Shown in pieces: positions 28,479 through 37,036 of a stretch of DNA of 64,000 nt (the first letter of the stretch is position 1; each line of letters begins with the position of its first letter). The DNA is from Patescibacteria group bacterium (GTDB taxonomy: Bacteria > Patescibacteriota > UBA1384 > GWA2-35-9 > JBASTP01). The stretch covers positions 29,944 through 93,943 of the forward strand of contig JBASTP010000006.1 in the NCBI GenBank assembly GCA_049274945.1. Direction: 5' to 3'. The notes under the pieces are model-generated. The model saw nothing but the letters and a program-made list of their open reading frames with translations, was not told the origin of the DNA and made no database searches. The position numbers and the translations under genes are program-made.

Positions 28479-29009
28479 TCATAATTTGTAGTGTTTTTGG
28501 ATCTTTTTCGCCACGGTTTGTGGGGCTATGTGGGTGTTATCGATCGTTAAATTATTCACGAACGGTATTGCCTGGAAGTAGTCATGTTCGGTGAGCACGC
28601 TTGTAAGGTGCCTTGTATTCTTAATCTTATTGAACGGTTTTCGGGATACATGCTTTACGCGCTTGTGCAGGTGGTCTACGTGACAGAAAAGGTGAACAAA
28701 ATGAACGTGGCCGCCATAGCGTTCAAGTACCTTAATAGTTCGCTTAATAAATCGGTGATTCCTAGGGCCCGAGTAACTATAGGTAAAGATGATTCCTGGG
28801 ACTTTCTCCTACGCCGCCGCCGCAAAAATCTCGAGTCTAAACTTTGGATTAAATTTTCTGAACGCAGCGGACTTGACCGGGAAAATCGAAGTAATCAAAT
28901 CAACGGTCAGTTGATTGTGAAAAATTTTGTAGCCGGTTAGTTTTGCTAGTTTCTTCGCAACGGTTAACTTACCAGCCGCCGGTGGGCCATACATGAAAAT
29001 GAGTTTCAT
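28479..29009 (-). pseudogene. P-loop kinase (AAA/shikimate-kinase-like, about 176 aa) interrupted by a single in-frame TAG
   Basis: MKLIFMYGPPAAGKLTVAKKL...EIFAAAA-TAG-EKVPGIIFTYSYSGPRNHRFIKRTIKVLERYGGHVHFVHLF...KKIQKHYKL reads in one frame through the TAG at 28809-28811 to the TGA at 28479. Confidence 0.45.
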
Positions 29010-29479
29010 GATTTTGTAAGTTTAACAATTAAATCTTTGTAACGGCGATATTGTTCTATCAAAGTATTACGATCCGCAGCTTCGTAATCTGCAAAATCAA
29101 AACCGGGTGCCATTGTGGTACCCATTAGCGCAAATTTCCCGCCGGCTTTTAATTTCGAACCTTGCCACACACCCTTTGGCACAGTGGCTTGGATCTGTTC
29201 ACCTTTTTCGAGATCCTGGCCAAGAATGATATTTTTACCGCTGCCGTTTGGTAGCAACTGCAGCATTTCGACGGAATCGCCTAAATAGAAATGATAGATT
29301 TCGTCAGTGGGCAAGCGATGAAGCGCCGAAAAAGTGTCGGGTGGCAGTAAATAAAGGATGGCAGTTGCTAGAGATTTACCGTCTTCGTTATCCGTAGAAC
29401 GATAGGTCTCTCGGTAATAGCCACCTTCCTCGGCAAGAGGCTTGAGATCAAGAATTTTAATGAGTTCTTCAGCGGTCAT
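29006..29479 (-). CDS. Cupin domain protein (DUF985-like)
   Basis: 157 aa; ...FSALHRLPTDEIYHFYLGD.... Confidence 0.55.
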   Translation of the reverse strand: MTAEELIKILDLKPLAEEGGYYRETYRSTDNEDGKSLATAILYLLPPDTFSALHRLPTDEIYHFYLGDSVEMLQLLPNGSGKNIILGQDLEKGEQIQATVPKGVWQGSKLKAGGKFALMGTTMAPGFDFADYEAADRNTLIEQYRRYKDLIVKLTKS

Positions 29480-29901
29480 TCGTAAATCTTACCTGATAAA
29501 AACCGTTCGATTAATATTCTGTCAGGAGAGAATAAATTCAACTCCAGCGCTTGTTTTGGAGCATACCATTGCCAGTTCAATCTTCCTTCTTCCCGGAGAT
29601 CAATCAGTTCGCCGGATTGATAATTGGCTTTCATGCCAATGCTAACATAACTCTTTTGCTTATCTTCTCTATAAAAATCATAAATAGAAACTAATTGAGG
29701 ATCCTTACACACTATCCCGCTTTCCTCTTTGACTTCACGGAGAGCACATTCCTTTAAAGTTTCTCCGTTTTCCCAATGACCGCCGGGAACGCCATAGGTT
29801 GCTTTACCCTTCCTCTTATCTTCACCGATCAATATTTTAGAATCTTTCACTACAACCACAGCAACCCCAACACTCGGTCGTTCAAGTTCTTTAGCCATCA
29901 T
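29476..29901 (-). CDS. NUDIX hydrolase
   Basis: Nudix box GGHWENGETLKECALREVKEESGI. The start is taken at ATG 29901, 2 nt downstream of tRNA-Arg; the longer track ORF reads through the tRNA. Confidence 0.7.
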   Translation of the reverse strand: MMAKELERPSVGVAVVVVKDSKILIGEDKRKGKATYGVPGGHWENGETLKECALREVKEESGIVCKDPQLVSIYDFYREDKQKSYVSIGMKANYQSGELIDLREEGRLNWQWYAPKQALELNLFSPDRILIERFLSGKIYE

Positions 29902-29902
29902 G

Positions 29903-29975
29903 TGCGCCCGGCGCGAGTCGAACGCGCGGCCTTCTGCTCCGCAAGCAGACGCTCTATCCACTGAGCTACGGGCGC
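29903..29975 (-). tRNA. tRNA-Arg (anticodon GCG as read)
   Basis: GCGCCCGTAGCTCAGTGGATAGAGCGTCTGCTTGCGGAGCAGAAGGCCGCGCGTTCGACTCGCGCCGGGCGCA forms a clean cloverleaf with anticodon loop TTGCGGA. Confidence 0.75.
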
Positions 29976-29976
29976 A

Positions 29977-30063
29977 TGTAAATTTGCGCTCTATCCCCTG
30001 AGTCCCGACGATCTTAGATGTCGGGAGGCCGACTGAAACGTCGGCCCTACGGGCGCATAAGTA
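29977..30063 (-). other. Partial duplicate of the tRNA-Arg 5' end (acceptor plus D-arm) split by two hairpin insertions
   Basis: The minus strand TGCGCCCGTAG-[GGCCGACGTTTCAGTCGGCC][TCCCGACATCTAAGATCGTCGGGA]-CTCAGGGGATAGAGCGC lies immediately 5' of tRNA-Arg. Confidence 0.4.
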
Positions 30064-30092
30064 TTACGCGGCTTAATTTACCATAGAACAGG

Positions 30093-30122
30093 TTGAAATT
30101 CAATGGCAAAAGATGCTAAAAT
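30093..30122 (+). promoter_or_regulatory. Sigma70-like promoter for the tRNA-Ser pair (-35 TTGAAA, 18 nt, -10 TAAAAT, 7 nt to tRNA +1)
   Basis: ggTTGAAAttcaatggcaaaagatgcTAAAATgcccgtg. Confidence 0.55.
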
Positions 30123-30129
30123 GCCCGTG

Positions 30130-30216
30130 GGTGGGGTGGCCGAGTGGTTTAAGGCGATAGTCTTGAAAACTATTGTGCTCGCAAGAGTACCGTGAGTTCG
30201 AATCTCACCCCCACCG
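30130..30216 (+). tRNA. tRNA-Ser (anticodon UGA)
   Basis: GGTGGGGTGGCCGAGTGGTTTAAGGCGATAGTCTTGAAAACTAT...GTGAGTTCGAATCTCACCCCCACCG. Long variable arm; anticodon loop CTTGAAA. Confidence 0.85.
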
Positions 30217-30221
30217 CATTT

Positions 30222-30308
30222 GGAGGAGTCGCATAGTTTGGTCCAGTGCACGAGTTTGCTAAACTCGGCCCCGCAAGGGGCTCGTGGGTTCGAATCCCAC
30301 CTCCTCCG
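30222..30308 (+). tRNA. tRNA-Ser (anticodon GCU)
   Basis: GGAGGAGTCGCATAGTTTGGTCCAGTGCACGAGTTTGCTAAACTCG...GTGGGTTCGAATCCCACCTCCTCCG. Long variable arm; anticodon loop TTGCTAA. Confidence 0.85.
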
Positions 30309-30317
30309 CATCAGCAA

Positions 30318-30346
30318 AAACACCTCCCATAGTGGGGTGTTTTTGT
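30318..30346 (+). terminator. Hairpin plus T5 terminator after the tRNA-Ser operon
   Basis: aaaaacacctcccatagtggggtgtttttg. Confidence 0.5.
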
Positions 30347-30348
30347 GA

Positions 30349-30508
30349 TATGGTGGTGGGATTCGAACAGGAAAGGGGGTCGGGGAAAACACTTGTTTCC
30401 CCCGTGAGCGGACGTACACGGAACGGAAGAGTTCCGCGAAGCAAATTTGCCGTAGCGAGACATATATAGCTTAGGCAAATTTGCTTGTGAGATTCCCACC
30501 TCCTCCGC
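30349..30508. repeat. Two short fragments of the tRNA-Ser(GCU) 3' half: inverted 30351-30368 and direct 30492-30508
   Basis: tggtggtgggattcgaac is the revcomp of the T-arm. attcccacctcctccgc matches the tRNA 3' end 16 of 17. gcaaatttgc occurs twice in between. Confidence 0.4.
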
Positions 30509-30550
30509 TAGTTGGGGGACAAAGATAATCGCTAACTATCCAACATCATT

Positions 30551-31978
30551 ATGAATGAATTGGAAATCAGGGAAATGATTGAGAAGGCCATACGCACTGG
30601 ATCTGAAACATCCAGGATTGAGTTTAAGGATGCTCGAGAAGGTTTCCCGCGTGATTTATGGAAGACGGTCTCAGCATTTTCTCATCGCCCGAACGGTGGC
30701 TACATCGTTTTTGGTATAAAGGAAAATCGGGTCGATAAATCTATTGAAGTTGTTGGTGTTAACAATCTTGCTCTTTTAAATGAGAAAATGAGCGACCTGG
30801 CTAGTGGCCAGATGAGTGTGGTTATACGACCGGAATACTTTCCCCTAGAGAAAGATACGAAACCCATACTTGCCGTCTATATATCGGAATGCCCTGATCA
30901 ATTTAAGCCCGTTTATTATAAAAAAGTTGGCATACCAAACGGCGCCTACATACGTGATGGTAATACGGATAGAAAAATCACAGATGAAGAAATGCGCCGT
31001 TTTCTTGAAAATGCTAAGCTTTCAAAATTTGATGGAACGCAAGCGCCAGACACCTCATTAGATGATCTTTCGGTAGATAAAATATATGAATTACTGATTC
31101 ATATGGGGCAACGCACAAATCGTGAAGCAGAAATCAAAGATATTGATTCCGGATTACTTAAAAATCTTGGTATTATTGACAAGTTTGATGGAAAAGAATC
31201 TCCGACTGTTGCTGGATTTCTGATCTTTGCCAAGACAAAACCACAATTAAAACGATCGTTCAACCGTTATGTTATCCGTTGCGTGAAATATAAAGGATCA
31301 AGTGTCGCAACAGATATAATCGACAACTCGGATATTGACGGCACGCTAGATATGCAGATTGAAGCCATGCAAAAATTTATATTACGCAACATCAGAAAAA
31401 GCGCAGAAATTATCGGTACGAAAAGAGTAGAGAGATATGAATATCCCGAAAAAGCAATCCGCGAAATTGTTGCTAATGCTGTTATACATCGAGACTATAG
31501 AATTAGTGAAACTTATACCCAAGTAAATATTTTTGAGGATCGACTTGAAGTATTCAACCCAGGGTGCCTCCCCCCGGGGGTAACGGTAGAAAACATTCGT
31601 GACGCGCAATCAAGTCGCAACGAATTTATTGCTGCCAGACTTAAGGACTTAGATTATTTAGAAGAGTATGGAAGAGGTATAGATATTGTGTTTAACGAGA
31701 TGGCAGAATGGAAGTTACTTCCACCGATTTTCAAAAATACAACTAACAGTTTCAAAGTTATTCTTCCTGGTGAAAAATTAAGTCAACTTAATGAGCGGCA
31801 GCTGCACATCTGGGAATATCTAGGAGAGTTCAAGAAGATAACCGCTCGGCAATGTGAGGAGATCCTTCCTAACGTGCCAAGGCAAACAATCAATTATGAT
31901 TTAAATAAAATGCAGAATTTAAGACTAATACATTCCGCTGGGGCATCACGTAATACTTATTATGAGCCGAATTTTTAA
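30551..31978 (+). CDS. AlbA_2 (Schlafen-like) plus HATPase_c_4 plus C-terminal wHTH protein ('putative DNA-binding/ATP-binding regulator')
   Basis: N-terminus ...EFKDAREGFPRDLWKTVSAFSHRPNGGYIVFGI. Middle IREIVANAVIHRDYRISETYTQVNIFEDRLEVFNPG. C-terminal HTH ...ITARQCEEIL.... Confidence 0.6.
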   Translation: MNELEIREMIEKAIRTGSETSRIEFKDAREGFPRDLWKTVSAFSHRPNGGYIVFGIKENRVDKSIEVVGVNNLALLNEKMSDLASGQMSVVIRPEYFPLEKDTKPILAVYISECPDQFKPVYYKKVGIPNGAYIRDGNTDRKITDEEMRRFLENAKLSKFDGTQAPDTSLDDLSVDKIYELLIHMGQRTNREAEIKDIDSGLLKNLGIIDKFDGKESPTVAGFLIFAKTKPQLKRSFNRYVIRCVKYKGSSVATDIIDNSDIDGTLDMQIEAMQKFILRNIRKSAEIIGTKRVERYEYPEKAIREIVANAVIHRDYRISETYTQVNIFEDRLEVFNPGCLPPGVTVENIRDAQSSRNEFIAARLKDLDYLEEYGRGIDIVFNEMAEWKLLPPIFKNTTNSFKVILPGEKLSQLNERQLHIWEYLGEFKKITARQCEEILPNVPRQTINYDLNKMQNLRLIHSAGASRNTYYEPNF

Positions 31979-32191
31979 TCAAAATTGTTATAAGAAATTA
32001 GAAGAAAGTCTATTTCTCCCTGTAGAGAACGGATTTAATCAAAATCAATTTTAGGAGTAATTAGAAGCAAGCTTTTCCTCTTGTTGGTAATGGTAAAATT
32101 TCACCGATGAACGATCAAAAGAGAGCTACCCTCATCGCAAAAAAATTAGAATTCGGCACTTTAATATTTTTATATATCTAACAAAAATTTT

Positions 32192-32626
32192 ATGATTTGG
32201 ATTTTTACTTTATTGTTTGTCATCTATATTATTTATGCTTTTCTACAATCGAAGAACAAAAATCAGTTTAGAAAAAACATGGGAAACCATAACGAACTTA
32301 GAAAGAGCTACATCCAAAATTTAATTGAGGAGGAGTTTCAGCAATCTTTAAGTATGGAGTTACAAACATTATCTCGCTTTAAAAAGAAACTAATAGAAGC
32401 CGAAGAAAATAACGATAAAAATATAATTAATGAGGTAAAACTTCAAATAAAATTTTTTAATAATATAATTATTGGATTGAAAGAGATTAAAAAAGAGATA
32501 CAAAAAAGAGATAGCTCAATCTGGGATCACACAAATTTTTCTGATGAAGGAATCAATGAACTAAGAGAAAATATTTCTGATAGTTTTTCTCACGCAGCAT
32601 CAGGTGCATTGCGTAAAATAAGTTAG
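32192..32626 (+). CDS. Hypothetical protein, N-terminal TM helix plus coiled coil (low-GC)
   Basis: 144 aa in the AT-rich segment. No recognisable domain. Confidence 0.4.
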   Translation: MIWIFTLLFVIYIIYAFLQSKNKNQFRKNMGNHNELRKSYIQNLIEEEFQQSLSMELQTLSRFKKKLIEAEENNDKNIINEVKLQIKFFNNIIIGLKEIKKEIQKRDSSIWDHTNFSDEGINELRENISDSFSHAASGALRKIS

Positions 32627-32682
32627 AAATAAATTCTTATTTCTGTCATCTCGGTTCAGATATTTTCAAACAAACACCGCAT

Positions 32683-33063
32683 ATGAACTATCACGGCGTG
32701 ATTATCGAAGAAAGTTTAGAAAATAAAGACATTCTCAAAGATGTCGAAATTTTAGAAACGAAAGTTGAGGAAGTCACGGAAAAGCACAAAACTCCATGGA
32801 TAAAACAATGGACTTTGCACACTGTCGAAATTCCGGAAAATCAAGCAAAAGATGTTGCGGAAAAAATAAGCAGGGCATTGGATTCTGAACACGACTGGTA
32901 TGCTGATTTTAAGAATAATACTCACCATTACATCATTTTTCGCAACAAAATTTTCTTTGTGGAAAAACACAGCAAGGAACAATACGATGAAGCGAAGAAA
33001 TACGGAATTTCTTTAGGCATACCCGAATATCAAGTAGACTTTCACCCCGAGATTAAAGAATAG
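32683..33063 (+). CDS. Hypothetical protein (126 aa, low-GC)
   Basis: ORF with consistent coding periodicity. No recognisable domain. Confidence 0.4.
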   Translation: MNYHGVIIEESLENKDILKDVEILETKVEEVTEKHKTPWIKQWTLHTVEIPENQAKDVAEKISRALDSEHDWYADFKNNTHHYIIFRNKIFFVEKHSKEQYDEAKKYGISLGIPEYQVDFHPEIKE

Positions 33064-33092
33064 AAAAAATAAAAATCACTAATAAAAATGAT

Positions 33093-33671
33093 ATGGGTAT
33101 TAAAAAACCAAACTGCATCATTATCCACGGTTGCCCATCGAATGCCGAAAAGGCAATGGACCCCGCGCGAAGAACGTACGATAAACACTGGATTCCGTGG
33201 CTTAAAAACGAGTTAACAAAACGCGGCATAACAACCGATACCCCGTTCATGCCGACTCCTTGGCAGCCTGTGTATCGGGATTGGAAACGAGAAATCGAAA
33301 AGTTGCCGGTTACCGAAAACACGATTTTAATCGGGCATAGTTGTGCGGCGGCTTTCTTGACCAAATGGCTCGGCGAAACCAAGCGGAGCGTAAAAAAACT
33401 GATTTTTGTGGGCGGCGCACGGATTGCAAAAAAACAGGACTACCGTAAAGACGACCTGTATCTTGGTGAAATTTCCTCAGATATAAAAAACAAAGTTAAA
33501 GATGTAGTTCTGTTTATTTCCAACGATAACCCGCGGCATATTCGATCGACAAACATCTACGCCAAGGAGTTAAACGGGAGAATTATCAGGCTTAAAAACC
33601 GTGGCCATTTTACGTTCAAAGATATGGGAACCAATGAGTTCCCCGAATTACTCGCGGAAGTATTATCATGA
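33093..33671 (+). CDS. Serine hydrolase, RBBP9/YdeN-like alpha/beta hydrolase
   Basis: IIIHGCPSN...ILIGHSCAAAFL has the GHSxA nucleophile elbow. Confidence 0.5.
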   Translation: MGIKKPNCIIIHGCPSNAEKAMDPARRTYDKHWIPWLKNELTKRGITTDTPFMPTPWQPVYRDWKREIEKLPVTENTILIGHSCAAAFLTKWLGETKRSVKKLIFVGGARIAKKQDYRKDDLYLGEISSDIKNKVKDVVLFISNDNPRHIRSTNIYAKELNGRIIRLKNRGHFTFKDMGTNEFPELLAEVLS

Positions 33672-33686
33672 AACCCACAAAGAAAT

Positions 33687-34463
33687 ATGGCTTACTTAGA
33701 TAAAAACGGGTACAAACTTTTCTACGAAATCCAAGGGCAAGGCAATAGCTCACTTATTTTCATTCATGGCTTATGCGGCGACCATAGGGTCTGGTCTAAA
33801 AACGTACCGGCCTTCACCATCAACTATCGGATTATCACCATTGATATGTTCGGCCACGGCAATTCTTCAGCTGACATAAGCCCTAAAGCCGCATTCGAAG
33901 CTATGCCAACCGTCATAGAAGACCTTATTACAAAAGAAAAACTGCAAAACGTTGTGGTAGTTAGTCACAGTATCGCAGGTAACATACTTTTGAGCTGCAT
34001 CGAACAAAACATAAAAAATGTGCGAGGATATGTTTTTATTGATTGCGCTTTCAATGCAAACGAAAGAGTCGTAAATTCGCGCAATAAACTGGCAGATACC
34101 CTCGCCAACAATCCCGCGGGCAAACTAAACTCGGCTATCGTGAATTGGTACAAAACCATGATGGACATGAACGCAGCGACCAAGGATAACGAGCTCATTC
34201 TCACGGCATTAAATAATCTGGATGGAAATTGGATCCTCGATTTTCTTAAAGCGACAAACTTTGTGAGACACGTCCCCAACACCAATTTCCCGGTATTGAT
34301 ATTCGAATCGGATTGGCTCACCAAAGACGAACCAGAACGATCGTTCCATAAAATCTTGCCCAATGCCGATTATTCCCGCTGGCCGGTTTCAAACCACTTC
34401 TTCTTTGTTTATGAAGCCTCGAAATTTAACCAAAGACTGAAAAAATTTCTGGATACGGCATAG
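33687..34463 (+). CDS. Alpha/beta-fold hydrolase
   Basis: LIFIHGLCGDHRVW...VVVSHSIAGNI has the HG oxyanion motif and the SHSxG nucleophile. Confidence 0.6.
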   Translation: MAYLDKNGYKLFYEIQGQGNSSLIFIHGLCGDHRVWSKNVPAFTINYRIITIDMFGHGNSSADISPKAAFEAMPTVIEDLITKEKLQNVVVVSHSIAGNILLSCIEQNIKNVRGYVFIDCAFNANERVVNSRNKLADTLANNPAGKLNSAIVNWYKTMMDMNAATKDNELILTALNNLDGNWILDFLKATNFVRHVPNTNFPVLIFESDWLTKDEPERSFHKILPNADYSRWPVSNHFFFVYEASKFNQRLKKFLDTA

Positions 34464-34520
34464 CCCACAAGCTCTCCTAGAGCACATTGAGCAGCTGATA
34501 TGGTACAATAATGCTAACCA

Positions 34521-35036
34521 ATGTCCCGAGACGCTGAACCAAAACCAATCAACCCCCACAAGGCCGTAACGCCCGGCCGGCTGCTTTTTGCTGTGCCGGA
34601 ATCGCCATTTTCCACCAAAACGAGCGGTTGGTTTATTACCACGGCGATCGGCTTTTCGGTTATGGTGGCGGGGCTGGTGTGGTACCACTACTACCTGCCG
34701 GCGATCGCCCTGGGGCTCGGCACCGCCCTGTTTTACTATTTCGGCATCAAAGAACCCGAGCGCCAGCTCTGCGCCATGACCGAGCGCGGGGTAACCTTCC
34801 GCGGCTTGCGCTACCCGTTCGATTACTTTAGCCACTTTTCGATCTGGAATGATCAATTCGGCGATGGCGGCGTAATTATTTTAACCGCCCGCAATCGGCT
34901 GAAAGCGCCGCTTCACCTGAGGTTCGAAAAGGTGCACCACGCGCCCATCCGGCTATTTCTCCGGACTCATTTGGCTGAACAGCTCCACGGCGCAACCGTA
35001 CTCAATGATTTGGTAGCGCGGCTCACGCGGATTTGA
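34521..35036 (+). CDS. Membrane protein with bacterial PH-like (bPH_2/DUF304-like) architecture
   Basis: Two N-terminal TM helices followed by a soluble beta-rich domain. Confidence 0.35.
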   Translation: MSRDAEPKPINPHKAVTPGRLLFAVPESPFSTKTSGWFITTAIGFSVMVAGLVWYHYYLPAIALGLGTALFYYFGIKEPERQLCAMTERGVTFRGLRYPFDYFSHFSIWNDQFGDGGVIILTARNRLKAPLHLRFEKVHHAPIRLFLRTHLAEQLHGATVLNDLVARLTRI

Positions 35037-36286
35037 TGAAAGCAGTGCTCTCACTTCTCAAGGGCTCCGCTTGGATGTTTTTTGGCATGGCGGCGGCCTC
35101 AGCTGCCAGCTGGTTTTTCACCGTGATCATGGGCCGCACCCTTGGGCCGACCCACTACGCCGAACTTGTCTCGCTCGTAGCACTCCTGGGGATTCTGGCA
35201 GTGCCTTCCCAGGCAACCCAGGTTACCGCGGCAAAGTTTGTCTCGGAGTTTGCCGCAAAAAATGAGCTCGCGGCGATCACCCACCTCTGGCGCCGGTTTT
35301 ACCGCTGGTTTTTACTCTTTTCCGTGGTCGGCTTTGCCCTTTACCTTGTTGCCACGCCATGGATCGCCCAGTTTTTAAACATTGATAACTTGCTTTCGAT
35401 CGTCCTGCTTGGCACCACAATCCTTACCATGTTTGTGTTAGCGGTAAACCGCGGCATCCTCCAAGGGCTCGAGGACTTTGGCAAACTCTCTGCCAGCATC
35501 GCCACCGATCCAAGCCTCAAACTCTTGCTGGGCATGGCGGCCGTAGCACTTGGGCTAGGGGTTGCCGGTGCAATTGGCGGCATCTCGCTCGGCATCCTGG
35601 TGGCACTCGGTGTCTCGCACTACTGGATCAAAAATAAGCTTCCCACCCAAGCAAAACCCGTGCTCCTGGGAGCGGCCAAACGCTATTCCTGGTGGACGCT
35701 CGGAGCGCTGGTGCTCCTGGCGCTCCTTTTTAATAACGATGTCATCCTCGTAAAACACTATCTGGATGCTACGCAGGCTGGGTTCTACGGTGCCCTTTCC
35801 ACCGTGGGAAAAATCGTCTTCTTTGTAACCGCACCGATCGCCGCGGTAATGTTTCCCCTGATCTCCAAACAAATTGCCCGCAACGAAAAACACTACCAGC
35901 TCCTCCTTGGCGGGCTTGGGCTGGTGGGGGTAGCGGGCAGCTTGATTTTGGTTGTTTACCAGCTTGCACCGGGGCTCGTGGTGCGCCTAGTCTACGGCAG
36001 CGCCTACAACCCAATCATCCCCTACCTTGGACTCATCGGCCTAGTCTTCCTACTCTACTCGCTCATTTTCACGATGGTTCAGTACTTTATGTCGGTTGGC
36101 AATAAACTCATGATTGTGCCCCTTAGCATCACCACAGCCTTGCATTACCTGGCGCTTTCGTATTATCATAGTTCGTTCGGCGATGTGGCAATGGGGCAGA
36201 TGGTGGCGTTGGCGATTGGACTGGTAATGCTATTTGCGCTCTACGCCATTCCAAAAATCGCTAAACTACTTACTAGTTACAAATAG
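35033..36286 (+). CDS. Oligosaccharide flippase (Wzx/MOP family)
   Basis: 417 aa with about 12 TM segments and ...MGRTLGPTHYAELVSLVAL.... Confidence 0.6.
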   Translation: MMKAVLSLLKGSAWMFFGMAAASAASWFFTVIMGRTLGPTHYAELVSLVALLGILAVPSQATQVTAAKFVSEFAAKNELAAITHLWRRFYRWFLLFSVVGFALYLVATPWIAQFLNIDNLLSIVLLGTTILTMFVLAVNRGILQGLEDFGKLSASIATDPSLKLLLGMAAVALGLGVAGAIGGISLGILVALGVSHYWIKNKLPTQAKPVLLGAAKRYSWWTLGALVLLALLFNNDVILVKHYLDATQAGFYGALSTVGKIVFFVTAPIAAVMFPLISKQIARNEKHYQLLLGGLGLVGVAGSLILVVYQLAPGLVVRLVYGSAYNPIIPYLGLIGLVFLLYSLIFTMVQYFMSVGNKLMIVPLSITTALHYLALSYYHSSFGDVAMGQMVALAIGLVMLFALYAIPKIAKLLTSYK

Positions 36287-36312
36287 TAACCCTTTGTAAC
36301 CCCTAGTAACCG
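36284..36312 (+). promoter_or_regulatory. Three direct repeats (T)AGTAACC at exact 10-bp spacing, spanning the flippase stop and the GT2 start
   Basis: TAGTAACCC-t-TTGTAACCC-c-TAGTAACCG, then gtaat, then ATG 36317. Confidence 0.3.
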
Positions 36313-36316
36313 TAAT

Positions 36317-37036
36317 ATGAAGTTATCCATCATCATCCCTGCCTACAACGAAGGCCGTAACATTAAACGGACGCTCCGGGCATTGAGCCGGAGCGCCCGC
36401 GAGTTGAACGAGCCCTACGAAATTGTGGTGGTCTCGGACGGTTCAAAAGATGACACCGCCAAACAAGCCCGCTCGCTCAAAGACTCCCATATTAAGGTAC
36501 TCCACTACGATCGCAACCAGGGCAAGGGTTTTGCCCTAAAATATGGGGTTAACCACTCAACCGGCGAAATGATCACCTTTGTTGATGCCGGCGGCGATTT
36601 TGACCCAAAACACCTTGGACTCTACATGAAACTGGCTGAGTTGATGGACGCGGAAATTGTGATCGGCTCCAAACGCCACCCCATGAGCCGGGTTAACTAC
36701 CCGCTGTCCCGGCGGATCGGCTCATGGCTTTACCACTGGATGGTGCGAATCATGTTTAACCTCGCGATCCACGACACCCAGGCAGGGTTCAAGCTCTTTC
36801 GCCGCACGGTGCTCGTGAAAACCCTGCCCAGGCTGGTGGTAAAGCAATATGCCTTTGATTTGGAGCTCCTTGCGGTGGCCCACCGGCTGGGGTTCCACAA
36901 AATCACCGAAGCGCCGGTTAATATGAACTACAATTGGTCAAAAACTGAACTCGGCCCTCAAAAAATTGCCAAAACGCTCATCGACACCCTTGCCATTTTC
37001 TACCGAATGTATATTTTGAGGTTCTATGACAAGTGA
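36317..37036 (+). CDS. GT2 family glycosyltransferase (polyprenol-phosphate hexose synthase-like)
   Basis: LSIIIPAYNEGRNI...VVVSDGSKDDT...NQGKGFAL...DAGGDFDP. Confidence 0.8.
   Translation: MKLSIIIPAYNEGRNIKRTLRALSRSARELNEPYEIVVVSDGSKDDTAKQARSLKDSHIKVLHYDRNQGKGFALKYGVNHSTGEMITFVDAGGDFDPKHLGLYMKLAELMDAEIVIGSKRHPMSRVNYPLSRRIGSWLYHWMVRIMFNLAIHDTQAGFKLFRRTVLVKTLPRLVVKQYAFDLELLAVAHRLGFHKITEAPVNMNYNWSKTELGPQKIAKTLIDTLAIFYRMYILRFYDK

Noticed and set aside
28807-28811. Stop-codon reassignment (TAG as sense) to explain the kinase gene
   Set aside because: TAG is the terminator of flippase 35033-36286 and TGA that of dnaB. A single event is better explained by a nonsense mutation or a sequencing error.
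29900-34470. Intact integrative element or prophage at the tRNA cluster
   Set aside because: No integrase, recombinase, or phage structural or replication genes are present. Only att-like tRNA fragment copies and low-GC cargo remain.
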